A stretch of DNA of 44,708 nucleotides from a virus (Duplodnaviria; Heunggongvirae; Uroviricota; Caudoviricetes), in IMG/VR virus record IMGVR_UViG_2541047944_000003, positions 1 to 44,708 of that record. The stretch is one strand, 5' to 3'. The position numbers and the translations under genes are program-made. The notes below the pieces were generated by a model. That model had not been told where the DNA came from. It saw only the letters and a program-made list of their open reading frames with translations, and made no database searches. This document shows, piece after piece, positions 32,731-44,127 of this stretch (positions are counted from its first letter, which is position 1; each line of letters starts with the position of its first letter).

Positions 32731-33153
32731 ATGTTCCTGAAAACCGAATCATTTGAACATAACGGCGTGACCGTCACGCTTTCTGAACTGTCAGCCCTGC
32801 AGCGTATTGAGCATCTCGCCCTGATGAAACGGCAGGCAGAACAGGCGGAGTCAGACAGCAACCGGAAGTTTACTGTGGAAGACGCCATCAGAACCGGTGC
32901 TTTTGTGGTGGCGATGTCCCTGTGGCATAACCATCCACAGAAGACAAAGCAGCCGTCCATGAATGAAGCCGTTAAACAGATTGAGCAGGAAGTGCTTACC
33001 ACCTGGCCCGCGGAGGCAATTTCTCATGCTGAAAACGTGGTGTACCGGCTGTCCGGTATGTATGAGTTTGTGGTGAATGATACTCCTGAACAGGCAGATG
33101 ACGCCGGGCCTGCAGAGCCTGTTTCTGCGGGAAAGTTTTCGACGGTGAGCTGA
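32731..33153 (+). CDS. G: tail assembly chaperone G
   Basis: MFLKTESFEHNGVTVTLSELSALQRIEHLALMKRQ... as in lambda G. Confidence 0.95.
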   Translation: MFLKTESFEHNGVTVTLSELSALQRIEHLALMKRQAEQAESDSNRKFTVEDAIRTGAFVVAMSLWHNHPQKTKQPSMNEAVKQIEQEVLTTWPAEAISHAENVVYRLSGMYEFVVNDTPEQADDAGPAEPVSAGKFSTVS

Positions 33154-33569
33154 GTTTTGCCCTGAAACTGGCGCGAGAGATGGGGCGACCCGACTGGCGC
33201 GCCATGCTTGCCGGGATGTCATCCACGGAGTACGCCGACTGGCACCGCTTTTACAGTACCCATTATTTTCATGATGTTCTGCTGGATATGCACTTTTCCG
33301 GGCTGACGTACACCGTACTCAGCCTGTTTTTCAGCGATCCGGATATGCATCCGCTGGATTTCAGTCTGCTTAACCGGCGCGAGGCTGACGAAGAGCCTGA
33401 AGATGATGTGCTGATGCAGAAAGCGGCAGGGCTTGCCGGAGGCGTCCGCTTTGGTCCGGACGGGAATGAAGTTATCCGCGCTTCCCCGGATGTGGCTGAA
33501 ATGACGGAGGATGACGTAATGCTGATGACAGTATCAGAAGGGATCGCAGGAGGAGTCCGGTATGGCTGA
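32731..33569 (+). CDS. T: tail assembly chaperone G-T fusion made by programmed -1 frameshift
   Basis: Slippery heptamer G-GGA-AAG at 33129-33135 in the G zero frame; the -1 frame continues into the T reading frame (...GKVFDGELSFALKLAREMGRPDWRAML...). Confidence 0.85.
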
Positions 33570-36123
33570 ACCGGTAGGCGATCTGGTCGTTGATTTAAGT
33601 CTGGATGCGGCCAGGTTTGACGAGCAGATGGCCAGAGTCAGGCGTCATTTTTCCGGTACGGAAAGTGATGCGAAAAAAACAGCGGCAGTCGTTGAACAGT
33701 CGCTGAGCCGACAGGCGCTGGCTGCACAGAAAGCGGGGATTTCCGTCGGGCAGTATAAAGCCGCCATGCGTATGCTGCCTGCACAGTTCACCGACGTGGC
33801 CACGCAGCTTGCAGGCGGGCAAAGTCCGTGGCTGATCCTGCTGCAACAGGGTGGTCAGGTGAAGGACTCCTTCGGCGGGATGATCCCCATGTTCAGGGGG
33901 CTTGCCGGTGCGATCACCCTGCCGATGGTGGGGGCCACCTCGCTGGCGGTGGCGACCGGTGCGCTGGCGTATGCCTGGTATCAGGGCAACTCAACCCTGT
34001 CCGATTTCAACAAAACGCTGGTCCTTTCCGGTCATCAGTCGGGTCTGACGGCAGATCGTATGCTGGTCCTGTCCAGAGCCGGGCAGGCGGCAGGGCTGAC
34101 GTTTAACCAGACCAGCGAGTCACTCAGTGCACTGGTTAAGGCGGGGGTAAGCGGTGAGGCTCAGATTGCGTCCATCAGCCAGAGTGTGGCGCGTTTCTCC
34201 TCTGCATCCGGCGTGGAGGTGGACAAGGTCGCTGAAGCCTTCGGGAAGCTGACCACAGACCCGACGTCGGGGCTGACGGCGATGGCACGCCAGTTCCATA
34301 ACGTGACGGCGGAGCAGATTGCGTATGTTGCTCAGTTGCAGCGTTCCGGCGATGAAGCCGGGGCATTGCAGGCGGCGAACGAGGCCGCAACGAAAGGGTT
34401 TGATGACCAGACCCGCCGCCTGAAAGAGAACATGGGCACGCTGGAGACCTGGGCAGACAGGACAGCGCGGGCATTCAAATCCATGTGGGATGCGGTGCTG
34501 GATATTGGTCGTCCTGATACCGCGCAGGAGATGCTGATTAAGGCAGAGGCCGCGTTTAAGAAAGCAGACGATATCTGGAATCTGCGCAAGGATGATTATT
34601 TTGTTAACGATGAAGCACGGGCGCGTTACTGGGATGATCGTGAAAAGGCCCGTCTTGCGCTTGAAGCCGCCCGAAAGAAGGCTGAGCAGCAGACTCAACA
34701 GGACAAAAATGCGCAGCAGCAGAGCGATACCGAAGCGTCACGGCTGAAATATACCGAAGAGGCGCAGAAGGCTTACGAACGCCTGCAGACGCCGCTGGAG
34801 AAATATACCGCCCGTCAGGAAGAACTGAATAAGGCACTGAAAGACGGGAAAATCCTGCAGGCAGATTACAACACGCTGATGGCGGCAGCGAAAAAGGATT
34901 ATGAAGCGACGCTGAAAAAGCCGAAGCAGTCCGGCGTGAAGGTGTCTGCGGGCGATCGTCAGGAAGACAGTGCTCATGCTGCCCTGCTGACGCTTCAGGC
35001 AGAACTCCGGATGCTGGAGAAGCATGCCGGAGCGAATGAGAAAATCAGCCAGCAGCGCCGGGATTTGTGGAAGGCGGAGAATCAGTTCGCGGTACTGGAG
35101 GAGGCGGCGCAACGTCGCCAGCTGTCTGCACAGGAGAAATCCCTGCTGGCGCATAAAGACGAGACGCTGGAGTACAAGCGCCAGCTGGCTGCACTTGGCG
35201 ATAAGGTCACGTATCAGGAGCACCTGAATGCGCTGGCGCAGCAGGCGGATAAATTCGCACAGCAGCAACGGGCAAAACGGGCCGCCATTGATGCGAAAAG
35301 CCGGGGGCTGACTGACCGGCAGGCAGCGCGGGAAGCCACGGAACAGCGCCTGAAGGAACAGTATGGCGATAATCCGCTGGCGCTGAATAACGTCATGTCA
35401 GAGCAGAAAAAGACCTGGGCGGCTGAAGACCAGCTTCGCGGGAGCTGGATGGCAGGCCTGAAGTCCGGCTGGAGTGAGTGGGAAGAGAGCGCCACGGACA
35501 GTATGTCGCAGGTTAAAAGTGCTGCCACGCAGACCTTTGATGGTATTGCACAGAATATGGCGGCGATGCTGACCGGCAGTGAACAGAACTGGCGCAGCTT
35601 CACCCGCTCCGTGCTGTCCATGATGACAGAAATTCTGCTTAAGCAGGCAATGGTGGGGATTGTCGGGAGTATCGGCAGCGCCATTGGCGGTGCTGCCAGT
35701 GGTGGAGCATCAGCGTCAGGTGGTACAGCCATTCAGGCCGCTGCGGCGAAATTCCATTTTGCGACCGGGGGATTTACGGGAACCGGCGGCAAATATGAGC
35801 CAGCGGGGATTGTTCACCGTGGTGAATTTGTCTTCACGAAGGAGGCAACCAGCCGGATTGGCGTGGGGAATCTCTACCGGCTGATGCGCGGCTATGCCAC
35901 CGGCGGTTATGTCGGTACACCGGGCAGTCTGGCGGACAGCCGGTCGCAGGCGTCCGGGACGTTTGAGCAGAATAACCATGTGGTGATTAACAACGACGGC
36001 ACGAACGGTCAGATAGGGCCACAGGCACTGAAGGCTGTTTATGACGTAGCCCGTAAGGCGGCAATGGATGTTGTGACCGGGCAGATGCGCGATGGTGGTC
36101 TGTTCTCCGGAGGTGGACGATGA
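33562..36123 (+). CDS. H: tail tape measure protein H
   Basis: 853-aa product matching lambda H length and sequence. Confidence 0.95.
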   Translation: MAEPVGDLVVDLSLDAARFDEQMARVRRHFSGTESDAKKTAAVVEQSLSRQALAAQKAGISVGQYKAAMRMLPAQFTDVATQLAGGQSPWLILLQQGGQVKDSFGGMIPMFRGLAGAITLPMVGATSLAVATGALAYAWYQGNSTLSDFNKTLVLSGHQSGLTADRMLVLSRAGQAAGLTFNQTSESLSALVKAGVSGEAQIASISQSVARFSSASGVEVDKVAEAFGKLTTDPTSGLTAMARQFHNVTAEQIAYVAQLQRSGDEAGALQAANEAATKGFDDQTRRLKENMGTLETWADRTARAFKSMWDAVLDIGRPDTAQEMLIKAEAAFKKADDIWNLRKDDYFVNDEARARYWDDREKARLALEAARKKAEQQTQQDKNAQQQSDTEASRLKYTEEAQKAYERLQTPLEKYTARQEELNKALKDGKILQADYNTLMAAAKKDYEATLKKPKQSGVKVSAGDRQEDSAHAALLTLQAELRMLEKHAGANEKISQQRRDLWKAENQFAVLEEAAQRRQLSAQEKSLLAHKDETLEYKRQLAALGDKVTYQEHLNALAQQADKFAQQQRAKRAAIDAKSRGLTDRQAAREATEQRLKEQYGDNPLALNNVMSEQKKTWAAEDQLRGSWMAGLKSGWSEWEESATDSMSQVKSAATQTFDGIAQNMAAMLTGSEQNWRSFTRSVLSMMTEILLKQAMVGIVGSIGSAIGGAASGGASASGGTAIQAAAAKFHFATGGFTGTGGKYEPAGIVHRGEFVFTKEATSRIGVGNLYRLMRGYATGGYVGTPGSLADSRSQASGTFEQNNHVVINNDGTNGQIGPQALKAVYDVARKAAMDVVTGQMRDGGLFSGGGR

Positions 36124-36449
36124 AAACCTTCCGCTGGAAAGTGAAACCCGGTATGGATGTAGCTTCGGCCCCTTCCGTAAGAAAGGTGCGCTTTGGTGAT
36201 GGCTATTCCCAGCGAGCGCCTGCCGGGCTGAACGCTGACCTGAAAACGTACAGCGTGACGCTTTCTGTTCCCCGTTGGGAGGCCACAGCGCTGGAGTCGT
36301 TTCTGGCTGAGCACGGGGGCTGGAAAGCCTTTCTGTGGACGCCGCCTTATGAGTGGCGGCAGATAAAGGTGACCTGCGCAAAATGGTCGTCGCGGGTCAG
36401 TATGCTGCGTGTTGAGTTCAGCGCAGAGTTTGAACAGGTGGTGAACTGA
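36120..36449 (+). CDS. M: tail tip protein M
   Basis: 109-aa product as in lambda M. Confidence 0.95.
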   Translation: MKTFRWKVKPGMDVASAPSVRKVRFGDGYSQRAPAGLNADLKTYSVTLSVPRWEATALESFLAEHGGWKAFLWTPPYEWRQIKVTCAKWSSRVSMLRVEFSAEFEQVVN

Positions 36450-37147
36450 TGCAGGATATCCGGCAGGAAACACTGAATGAATGCACCCGTGCGGAGCAGT
36501 CGGCCAGCGTGGTGCTCTGGGAAATCGATCTGACAGAGGTCGGTGGAGAGCGTTATTTTTTCTGTAATGAGCAGAACGAAAAAGGTGAGCCGGTCACCTG
36601 GCAGGGGCGACAGTATCAGGCGTATCCCATTCAGGGGAGCGGTTTTGAACTGAATGGCAAAGGCACCAGTACGCGCCCCACGCTGACGGTTTCTAACCTG
36701 TACGGTATGGTCACCGGGATGGTGGAAGATCTGCAGAGTCTGGTCGGCGGAACGGTGGTCAGGCGTAAGGTTTACGCCCGTTTTCTGGATGCGGTGAATT
36801 TCGTCAACGGAAACAGCGATGCCGATCCGGAGCAGGAGGTGATCAGCCGCTGGCGCGTCGAGCAGTGCAGCGAACTGAGCACGGTCAGTGCCTCCTTTGT
36901 GTTGTCCACGCCGACGGAAACGGATGGTGCTGTTTTTCCGGGGCGCATCATGCTGGCCAACACCTGCACCTGGACCTATCGCGGTGATGAGTGCGGTTAT
37001 AGCGGTCCGGCGGTCGCGGATGAATATGACCAGCCGACGTCCGATATCACGAAGGATAAATGCAGCAAATGCCTGAGCGGTTGTAAGTTCCGCAATAACG
37101 TCGGCAACTTTGGCGGCTTCCTTTCCATTAACAAACTTTCGCAGTAA
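36449..37147 (+). CDS. L: tail tip protein L
   Basis: 232-aa product as in lambda L, including C-terminal Cys cluster. Confidence 0.95.
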   Translation: MQDIRQETLNECTRAEQSASVVLWEIDLTEVGGERYFFCNEQNEKGEPVTWQGRQYQAYPIQGSGFELNGKGTSTRPTLTVSNLYGMVTGMVEDLQSLVGGTVVRRKVYARFLDAVNFVNGNSDADPEQEVISRWRVEQCSELSTVSASFVLSTPTETDGAVFPGRIMLANTCTWTYRGDECGYSGPAVADEYDQPTSDITKDKCSKCLSGCKFRNNVGNFGGFLSINKLSQ

Positions 37148-37152
37148 ATCCC

Positions 37153-37896
37153 ATGACACAGACAGAATCAGCGATTCTGGCGCACGCCCGGCGATGTGCG
37201 CCAGCGGAGTCGTGCGGCTTCGTGGTGAGAACGCCGGAGGGGGAAAGATATTTTCCCTGCGTGAATATCTCCGGTGAGCCGGAGGATTATTTCCGGATGT
37301 CGCCGGAGGACTGGCTGCAGGCAGAAATGCAGGGTGAGATTGTGGCGCTGGTCCACAGTCATCCCGGTGGTCTGCCCTGGCTGAGTGAGGCCGACCGGCG
37401 GCTGCAGGTGCAGAGTGATTTGCCGTGGTGGCTGGTCTGCCGGGGGGCGATTCATAAGTTCCGCTGTGTGCCGCATCTCACCGGGCGGCGCTTTGAGCAC
37501 GGGGTGACGGACTGTTACACGCTGTTCCGGGACGCTTACCATCTGGCGGGGATTGAGATGCCGGACTTTCATCGTGAGGATGACTGGTGGCGTAACGGCC
37601 AGAATCTCTATCTTGATAATCTGGAGGCCACAGGGCTGTATCAGGTGCCGTTGTCAGCGGCGCAGCCGGGCGATGTGCTGCTGTGCTGCTTTGGTTCATC
37701 GGTGCCGAATCATGCCGCCATTTACTGTGGTGACGGCGAGCTGCTGCACCATATTCCTGAACAACTGAGCAAACGAGAGAGGTACACCGACAAATGGCAG
37801 CGACGCACACACTCCCTCTGGCGTCACCGGGCATGGCACGCATCTGCCTTTACGGGGATTTACAACGATTTGGCCGCCGCATCGATCTTCGTGTGA
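37153..37896 (+). CDS. K: tail tip assembly protein K (JAB/MPN plus NlpC/P60-like)
   Basis: 247-aa product as in lambda K with HSHP motif. Confidence 0.95.
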   Translation: MTQTESAILAHARRCAPAESCGFVVRTPEGERYFPCVNISGEPEDYFRMSPEDWLQAEMQGEIVALVHSHPGGLPWLSEADRRLQVQSDLPWWLVCRGAIHKFRCVPHLTGRRFEHGVTDCYTLFRDAYHLAGIEMPDFHREDDWWRNGQNLYLDNLEATGLYQVPLSAAQPGDVLLCCFGSSVPNHAAIYCGDGELLHHIPEQLSKRERYTDKWQRRTHSLWRHRAWHASAFTGIYNDLAAASIFV

Positions 37897-38465
37897 AAAC
37901 AGGGGCTGAAGCCATCCGGGCGCTGGCCACGCAGCTTCCGTCGTTTCGTCAGAAACTGAGCGACGGCTGGTATCAGGTACGGATTGCCGGGCGGGATGTC
38001 AGCACGTCCGGATTAACGGCGCAGTTACATGAGGCTCTGCCTGATGGCGCTGTGATTCATATTGTTCCCAGAGTCGCCGGGGCCAAGCCCGGAGGTGTAT
38101 TCCAGATTGTCCTGGGAGCAGCCGCCATTGCCGGATCATTCTTTACCGCCGGAGCCACCCTTGCAGCATGGGGGGCAGCCATTGGGGCCGGTGGTATGAC
38201 CGGCATCCTGTTTTCTCTCGGTGCCAGTATGGTGCTCGGTGGTGTGGCGCAGATGCTGGCACCGAAAGCCCGGACGCCCACAGCGACCAGCACGGATAAC
38301 GGTAAGCAGAACACCTATTTCTCCTCACTGGATAACATGGTTGCCCAGGGCAATGTTCTGCCCGTTCTGTTCGGTGAAATGCGCGTGGGGTCACGTGTGG
38401 CATCTCAGGAAATCAGTACAGCTGATGAAGGTGATGGTGGTGAAATCGTGGTGATTGGTCGCTGA
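37794..38465 (+). CDS. I: tail tip assembly protein I
   Basis: 223-aa product overlapping the K 3' end as in lambda. Confidence 0.9.
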   Translation: MAATHTLPLASPGMARICLYGDLQRFGRRIDLRVKTGAEAIRALATQLPSFRQKLSDGWYQVRIAGRDVSTSGLTAQLHEALPDGAVIHIVPRVAGAKPGGVFQIVLGAAAIAGSFFTAGATLAAWGAAIGAGGMTGILFSLGASMVLGGVAQMLAPKARTPTATSTDNGKQNTYFSSLDNMVAQGNVLPVLFGEMRVGSRVASQEISTADEGDGGEIVVIGR

Positions 38466-38525
38466 TGGAACATGTTTTATGTGAAACCGCCTGCGGGCGG
38501 TTTTGTCGTTTATGGAGCATGAGGA

Positions 38526-41500
38526 ATGGGTAAAGGCAGCAGTAAGGGGCATACCCCGCGCGAAGCGAAGGACAACCTGAAATCCACGCAGTTGCTGAGT
38601 GTGATCGATGTCATCAGCGAAGGGCCGGTTGAAGGTCCGGTGGATGGGTTAAAAAGCGTGCTGCTGAACAGTACGCCGGTGCTGGACAGTGAGGGGAATA
38701 CCAATATCTCCGGTGTCACGGTGGTGTTCCGGGCAGGTGAGCAGGAGCAGACACCGCCGGAGGGGTTTGAATCCTCCGGCTCCGAGACGGTGCTGGGTAC
38801 GGAAGTGAAATATGACACGCCGATCACCCGCACCATCACGTCGGCAAACATCGACCGTCTGCGTTTTACTTTCGGCGTGCAGGCACTGGTGGAAACCACC
38901 TCAAAAGGGGACCGGAATCCGTCGGAAGTCCGCCTGCTGGTTCAGATACAGCGTAACGGTGGCTGGGTGACGGAAAAAGACATCACCATTAAGGGCAAAA
39001 CCACCTCACAGTATCTGGCCTCGGTGGTGGTGGATAACCTGCCGCCGCGCCCGTTTAATATCCGGATGCGCAGAATGACGCCGGACAGCACCACAGACCA
39101 GCTGCAGAACAAAACGCTCTGGTCGTCATACACCGAAATTATCGATGTGAAACAGTGCTACCCGAACACGGCACTGGTCGGCGTGCAGGTGGATTCGGAG
39201 CAGTTCGGCAGCCAGCAGGTGAGCCGTAATTATCATCTGCGCGGGCGCATTCTGCAGGTGCCGTCGAACTATGATCCGGAAAAACGCACTTACAGCGGTA
39301 TCTGGGACGGAACGTTAAAACCGGCATACAGCAACAACATGGCCTGGTGTCTGTGGGATATGCTGACCCATCCGCGCTACGGCATGGGGAAACGTCTTGG
39401 TGCGGCGGATGTGGATAAATGGGCGCTGTATGTCATCGGCCAGTACTGTGACCAGTCTGTACCGAATGGTTTTGGTGGAACGGAGCCGCGCATCACCTGT
39501 AACGCTTACCTGACCACACAGCGTAAGGCGTGGGATGTTCTCAGTGATTTCTGCTCGGCGATGCGCTGTATGCCGGTATGGAACGGGCAGACGCTGACGT
39601 TCGTGCAGGACCGACCGTCGGATAAGGTGTGGACCTATAACCGCAGTAATGTGGTGATGCCGGATGATGACGCGCCGTTCCGCTACAGCTTCAGCGCCCT
39701 GAAGGACCGCCATAATGCCGTTGAGGTGAACTGGATTGACCCGAACAACGGCTGGGAGACGGCAACAGAGCTCGTGGAGGACACGCAGGCCATTCTCCGT
39801 TACGGTCGTAACGTCACGAAGATGGATGCCTTTGGCTGTACCAGCCGGGGGCAGGCACACCGCGCCGGGCTGTGGCTGATTAAAACAGAACTGCTGGAAA
39901 CGCAGACCGTGGATTTCAGCGTCGGCGCAGAAGGGCTTCGCCATGTACCGGGCGATGTTATTGAAATCTGTGATGATGACTATGCCGGTATCAGCACCGG
40001 TGGTCGTGTGCTGGCGGTGAACAGCCAGACCCGGACGCTGACGCTCGACCGTGAAATCACGCTGCCATCCTCCGGTACCACGCTGATAAGCCTGGTTGAC
40101 GGAAGTGGCAATCCGGTCAGCGTGGAGGTTCAGTCCGTCACCGACGGCGTGAAGGTAAAAGTGAGCCGTGTTCCTGACGGTGTTGCTGAATACAGCGTGT
40201 GGGGGCTGAAGCTGCCGACGCTGCGCCAGCGCCTGTTCCGCTGCGTGAGTATCCGTGAGAACGACGACGGCACGTATGCCATCACCGCCGTGCAGCATGT
40301 ACCGGAAAAAGAGGCCATCGTGGATAACGGGGCGCACTTTGACGGCGACCAGAGCGGCACGGTGAATGGTGTCACGCCGCCAGCGGTGCAGCACCTGACC
40401 GCCGAAGTCACCGCAGACAGCGGGGAATACCAGGTGCTGGCGCGCTGGGACACGCCGAAGGTGGTGAAGGGCGTGAGCTTCCTGCTCCGTCTGGCCGTGG
40501 CAGCGGACGACGGCAGTGAGCGGCTGGTCAGCACGGCCAGGACGACGGAAACCACATACCGCTTCAGGCAACTGGCGCTGGGGAACTACAGGCTGACAGT
40601 CCGGGCAGTAAATGCGTGGGGGCAGCAGGGCGATCCGGCGTCGGTATCGTTCCGGATTGCCGCACCGGCAGCGCCGTCGCGGATTGAGCTGACGCCGGGC
40701 TATTTTCAGATAACTGCCACGCCGCATCTTGCGGTTTATGATCCGACGGTACAGTTTGAGTTCTGGTTCTCGGAAACGCGGATTACCGATATCAGGCAGG
40801 TTGAAACCACAGCCCGCTATCTTGGCACGGCGCTGTACTGGATAGCCGCCAGTATCAATATCAAACCGGGCCGTGATTATTATTTTTACATCCGCAGTGT
40901 GAACACCGTTGGCAAATCGGCATTTGTGGAGGCTGTTGGCCAGCCGAGTGATGATGCATCCGGCTATCTGGATTTTTTCAAAGGAGAGATAGGGAAAACC
41001 CATCTGGCTCAGGAGTTGTGGACGCAGATTGATAACGGTCAGCTTGCGCCTGACCTGGCGGAAATCAAAACGTCCATCACGGATGTCAGTAATGAAATCA
41101 CGCAGACCGTCAATAAGAAACTGGAAGACCAGAGTGCAGCGATCCAGCAGATACAGAAGGTTCAGGTTGATACAAATAATAACCTGAACAGCATGTGGGC
41201 TGTGAAGCTGCAGCAGATGCAGGACGGACGCCTTTATATCGCGGGTATTGGTGCCGGTATTGAAAACACCCCTGACGGCATGCAGAGTCAGGTGCTGCTG
41301 GCGGCAGACAGGATTGCGATGATTAATCCTGCGAATGGCAACACAAAGCCGATGTTTGTTGGGCAGGGCGATCAGATATTCATGAACGAAGTGTTCCTGA
41401 AATATCTGACGGCTCCCACCATTACCAGCGGTGGCAATCCCCCAACGTTTTCACTGACACCTGATGGTCGATTTTCTGCGAAAAATGCGGATATCAGCGG

Positions 41501-42008
41501 TAACGTGAACGCGAACTCCGGGACGCTCAACAACGTCACGATTAATCAGAACTGTCGGATTCTGGGAAAACTGTCAGCTAACCAGATTGAAGGTGATATT
41601 GTCAAAACGGTGGGAAAAGCCTTTCCGAGAAATGGCAGTTATGCCAGCGGTACAATAACGGTCACTGTGTACGATGACCAGGCTTTTGACCGTCAGATAG
41701 TAGTCCCCCCCGTTCTGTTTCGTGGGGGTAAGCATGAAAACTTCAACAGCAACAACCAACAGTCATACTGGTATTCAACCTGTAAGCTGCAGGTACTGAA
41801 GAACGGACAGGAAATCTTTCAGCAACCCGCGACGGATGTCAGCAGGGTATTTTCATCAGTCATTGATATGCCTGCCGGACACGGCCATGTCACCCTGACT
41901 TTCAATGTTTCTTCATATGGTGCTAATAACTGGACGCCAACGACCAGTATCAGCGACCTTCTTGTTGTTGTGATGAAGAAATCTACAGCCGGTATCAGTA
42001 TCAGTTGA
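38526..42008 (+). CDS. J: central tail fiber / host specificity protein J with divergent C-terminal receptor-binding region
   Basis: N-terminal ~800 aa match lambda J as remembered; C-terminal ~350 aa differ and the protein is 1160 aa versus 1132 aa in lambda. Confidence 0.95.
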   Translation: MGKGSSKGHTPREAKDNLKSTQLLSVIDVISEGPVEGPVDGLKSVLLNSTPVLDSEGNTNISGVTVVFRAGEQEQTPPEGFESSGSETVLGTEVKYDTPITRTITSANIDRLRFTFGVQALVETTSKGDRNPSEVRLLVQIQRNGGWVTEKDITIKGKTTSQYLASVVVDNLPPRPFNIRMRRMTPDSTTDQLQNKTLWSSYTEIIDVKQCYPNTALVGVQVDSEQFGSQQVSRNYHLRGRILQVPSNYDPEKRTYSGIWDGTLKPAYSNNMAWCLWDMLTHPRYGMGKRLGAADVDKWALYVIGQYCDQSVPNGFGGTEPRITCNAYLTTQRKAWDVLSDFCSAMRCMPVWNGQTLTFVQDRPSDKVWTYNRSNVVMPDDDAPFRYSFSALKDRHNAVEVNWIDPNNGWETATELVEDTQAILRYGRNVTKMDAFGCTSRGQAHRAGLWLIKTELLETQTVDFSVGAEGLRHVPGDVIEICDDDYAGISTGGRVLAVNSQTRTLTLDREITLPSSGTTLISLVDGSGNPVSVEVQSVTDGVKVKVSRVPDGVAEYSVWGLKLPTLRQRLFRCVSIRENDDGTYAITAVQHVPEKEAIVDNGAHFDGDQSGTVNGVTPPAVQHLTAEVTADSGEYQVLARWDTPKVVKGVSFLLRLAVAADDGSERLVSTARTTETTYRFRQLALGNYRLTVRAVNAWGQQGDPASVSFRIAAPAAPSRIELTPGYFQITATPHLAVYDPTVQFEFWFSETRITDIRQVETTARYLGTALYWIAASINIKPGRDYYFYIRSVNTVGKSAFVEAVGQPSDDASGYLDFFKGEIGKTHLAQELWTQIDNGQLAPDLAEIKTSITDVSNEITQTVNKKLEDQSAAIQQIQKVQVDTNNNLNSMWAVKLQQMQDGRLYIAGIGAGIENTPDGMQSQVLLAADRIAMINPANGNTKPMFVGQGDQIFMNEVFLKYLTAPTITSGGNPPTFSLTPDGRFSAKNADISGNVNANSGTLNNVTINQNCRILGKLSANQIEGDIVKTVGKAFPRNGSYASGTITVTVYDDQAFDRQIVVPPVLFRGGKHENFNSNNQQSYWYSTCKLQVLKNGQEIFQQPATDVSRVFSSVIDMPAGHGHVTLTFNVSSYGANNWTPTTSISDLLVVVMKKSTAGISIS

Positions 42009-42027
42009 ATTTTATAACCCAGATACG

Positions 42028-42051
42028 GGCGCCAGAAATGGCGCCTTTTTT
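42028..42051 (+). terminator. intrinsic terminator downstream of J
   Basis: Palindromic stem GGCGCC-agaaat-GGCGCC followed by TTTTTT. Confidence 0.6.
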
Positions 42052-42066
42052 ATTTGTGGAGTGAAT

Positions 42067-44127
42067 ATGGCAGTACAGATTTCAGGCGTGCTGAAAGACG
42101 GTGCAGGAAAACCGATACAGAACTGCACCATTCAGCTCAAAGCAAAACGTAACAGCACCACGGTTGTGGTGAACACGGTGGCCTCAGAAAATCCGGATGA
42201 AGCCGGACGTTACAGCATGGATGTCGAGTATGGCCAGTACAGCGTTATCCTGTTGGTTGAAGGTTTTCCGCCTTCACATGCCGGGGCTATCACCGTGTAT
42301 GAGGATTCTAAGCCGGGGACATTGAATGATTTTCTGGGCGCTGCAACAGAAGATGATGTTCGTCCGGAGGCACTGTATCGTTTTGAAAAGATGGTGGAAG
42401 AGGTGGCACGCAACGCTGAAGCCGCCTCTCAGAGCGCAGCGGCAGCAAAGAAATCAGAAACAGCAGCGGCATCGTCCAGGAATGCGGCGAAAACATCAGA
42501 GACGAATGCAGGTAACAGCGCGAAAGCGGCAGCTTCTTCAAAAACAGCCGCACAAAACGCAGCAACAGCGGCAGAACGTTCAGAGACAAATGCCCGTGCG
42601 TCAGAAGAAGCCTCCGCAGACAGTGAAGAGGCTTCCCGCCGTAATGCAGAGTCAGCCGCTGAAAATGCCGGAGTCGCCACCACAAAAGCGCGGGAGGCCG
42701 CAGCAGACGCAACAAAGGCCGGGCAGAAAAAGGATGAGGCTCTGTCGGCAGCGACACGGGCTGAAAAGGCGGCAGACCGCGCAGAAGTCGCAGCGGAAGT
42801 GACTGCAGAGCCCTATGCGAATATAGTGCCGCCGCTGCCTGATGTGTGGATACCGTTTAACGATTCACTGGATATGATTGCGGGTTTTTCTCCGGGCTAT
42901 AAAAAAATAGCTATTGGTGACGATGTGGTTCAGGTCGCCAGTGATAAACAGGTTAATTTCAGTCGCGCATCAACGGCAACATATATCAACAAATCTGGCG
43001 AACTGAAAACGGCGGAAATTAATGAGCCGCGATTTGAGTGTGATGGCCTGCTTATTGAGGGACAAAGAACGAACTACATGCTCAATTCGGAAAGTCCAGC
43101 CAGCTGGGGGAAGTCATCAAACATGGATGTGCCCGAAACCGGGACGGATAGTTTTGGTTTTACTTATGGAAAGTTTGTCTGCAACGATTCTCTGGTTGGG
43201 CAAACTTCGGCTATTAATATGGCATCAATTGCTGCAACAAAGTCAGTTGATGTCTCAGGCGATAACAAGTACGTGACAACCTCATGCCGTTTTAAAACAG
43301 AACGACAGGTAAGGTTACGTATACGGTTTGATAAGTATGATGGTAGTGCAACAACTTTTCTTGGCGATGCGTACATTGATACGCAAACGCTTGAAATTAA
43401 TATGACAGGTGGTGCTGCCGGCAGAATTACGGCACGAGTCAGGAAGGATAAGACCACAGGCTGGATTTTTGCAGAGGCAACGATTCAGGCAATTGATGGT
43501 GAGTTAAAAATAGGCTCTCAGATACAGTATTCTCCTGAGCAGGGTGGGGCAACAGTATCTGGTGACTATATTTATCTTGCCACCCCACAAGTAGAGAATG
43601 GGCCGTGTGTATCATCATTTATTATTTCAGGAGGCAGCGCAACGACAAGAGCCAGTGATTTGGTTAGTATCCCCACCAGAAATAATCTTTATAAGTTACC
43701 ATTTACTTTTTTACTTGAGATTCATAAAAACTGGGATATTGCACCAAACGCCGCACCCCGCGTGTGGGATATAGCAGCAGCCAATACCGGGCAATCAGCA
43801 ATTGCAGCAATCAACAGAGGTAGTGGTAAGTTATATATGAGTCTGTCAAACCCTTCAGGCTCGTATGTTAATAGCGCAGCGACAGATGTATTTGCAGAGA
43901 AAACCACATTTGGATGTATTGCAAAAGCTGATGGTCACTTTCATGTGGTGACAAATGGTAAAGCGGTTAATGAAGTTTATTGTGAATATAATGGCGTGAC
44001 CGCTGATAAAAATATCCGATTTGGAGGGCAGACGAATACTGGAGAACGACATCTGTTTGGCCATATTCGCAATTTCCGCATATGGCATAAAGAATTAAAT
44101 GACAGGCAATTAAAAGAGGTCGTATGA
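42067..44127 (+). CDS. stf: side tail fiber protein with lambda Stf-like N-terminus and unrelated AT-richer C-terminal domain (686 aa)
   Basis: MAVQISGVLKDGAGKPIQNCTIQLKAKRNSTTVVVNTV... matches lambda Stf N-terminus as remembered; Ala/Ser-rich repeat then novel C-terminal region. Confidence 0.8.
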   Translation: MAVQISGVLKDGAGKPIQNCTIQLKAKRNSTTVVVNTVASENPDEAGRYSMDVEYGQYSVILLVEGFPPSHAGAITVYEDSKPGTLNDFLGAATEDDVRPEALYRFEKMVEEVARNAEAASQSAAAAKKSETAAASSRNAAKTSETNAGNSAKAAASSKTAAQNAATAAERSETNARASEEASADSEEASRRNAESAAENAGVATTKAREAAADATKAGQKKDEALSAATRAEKAADRAEVAAEVTAEPYANIVPPLPDVWIPFNDSLDMIAGFSPGYKKIAIGDDVVQVASDKQVNFSRASTATYINKSGELKTAEINEPRFECDGLLIEGQRTNYMLNSESPASWGKSSNMDVPETGTDSFGFTYGKFVCNDSLVGQTSAINMASIAATKSVDVSGDNKYVTTSCRFKTERQVRLRIRFDKYDGSATTFLGDAYIDTQTLEINMTGGAAGRITARVRKDKTTGWIFAEATIQAIDGELKIGSQIQYSPEQGGATVSGDYIYLATPQVENGPCVSSFIISGGSATTRASDLVSIPTRNNLYKLPFTFLLEIHKNWDIAPNAAPRVWDIAAANTGQSAIAAINRGSGKLYMSLSNPSGSYVNSAATDVFAEKTTFGCIAKADGHFHVVTNGKAVNEVYCEYNGVTADKNIRFGGQTNTGERHLFGHIRNFRIWHKELNDRQLKEVV

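Noticed and set aside
34120-35732. Several 80-190-aa minus-strand ORFs
   Set aside because: All antisense to the tape measure gene H, with low-complexity Arg/Leu/Gln-rich translations typical of antisense frames.
39315-41003. 562-aa ORF on the minus strand
   Set aside because: Lies entirely antisense to the well-supported J gene; long antisense ORFs are common in GC-rich lambda structural genes.
42308-42802. Overlapping 149-aa and 158-aa ORFs in both directions
   Set aside because: They lie inside the Ala/Ser-rich repeat region of stf; alternative frames of repetitive GC-rich coding sequence.
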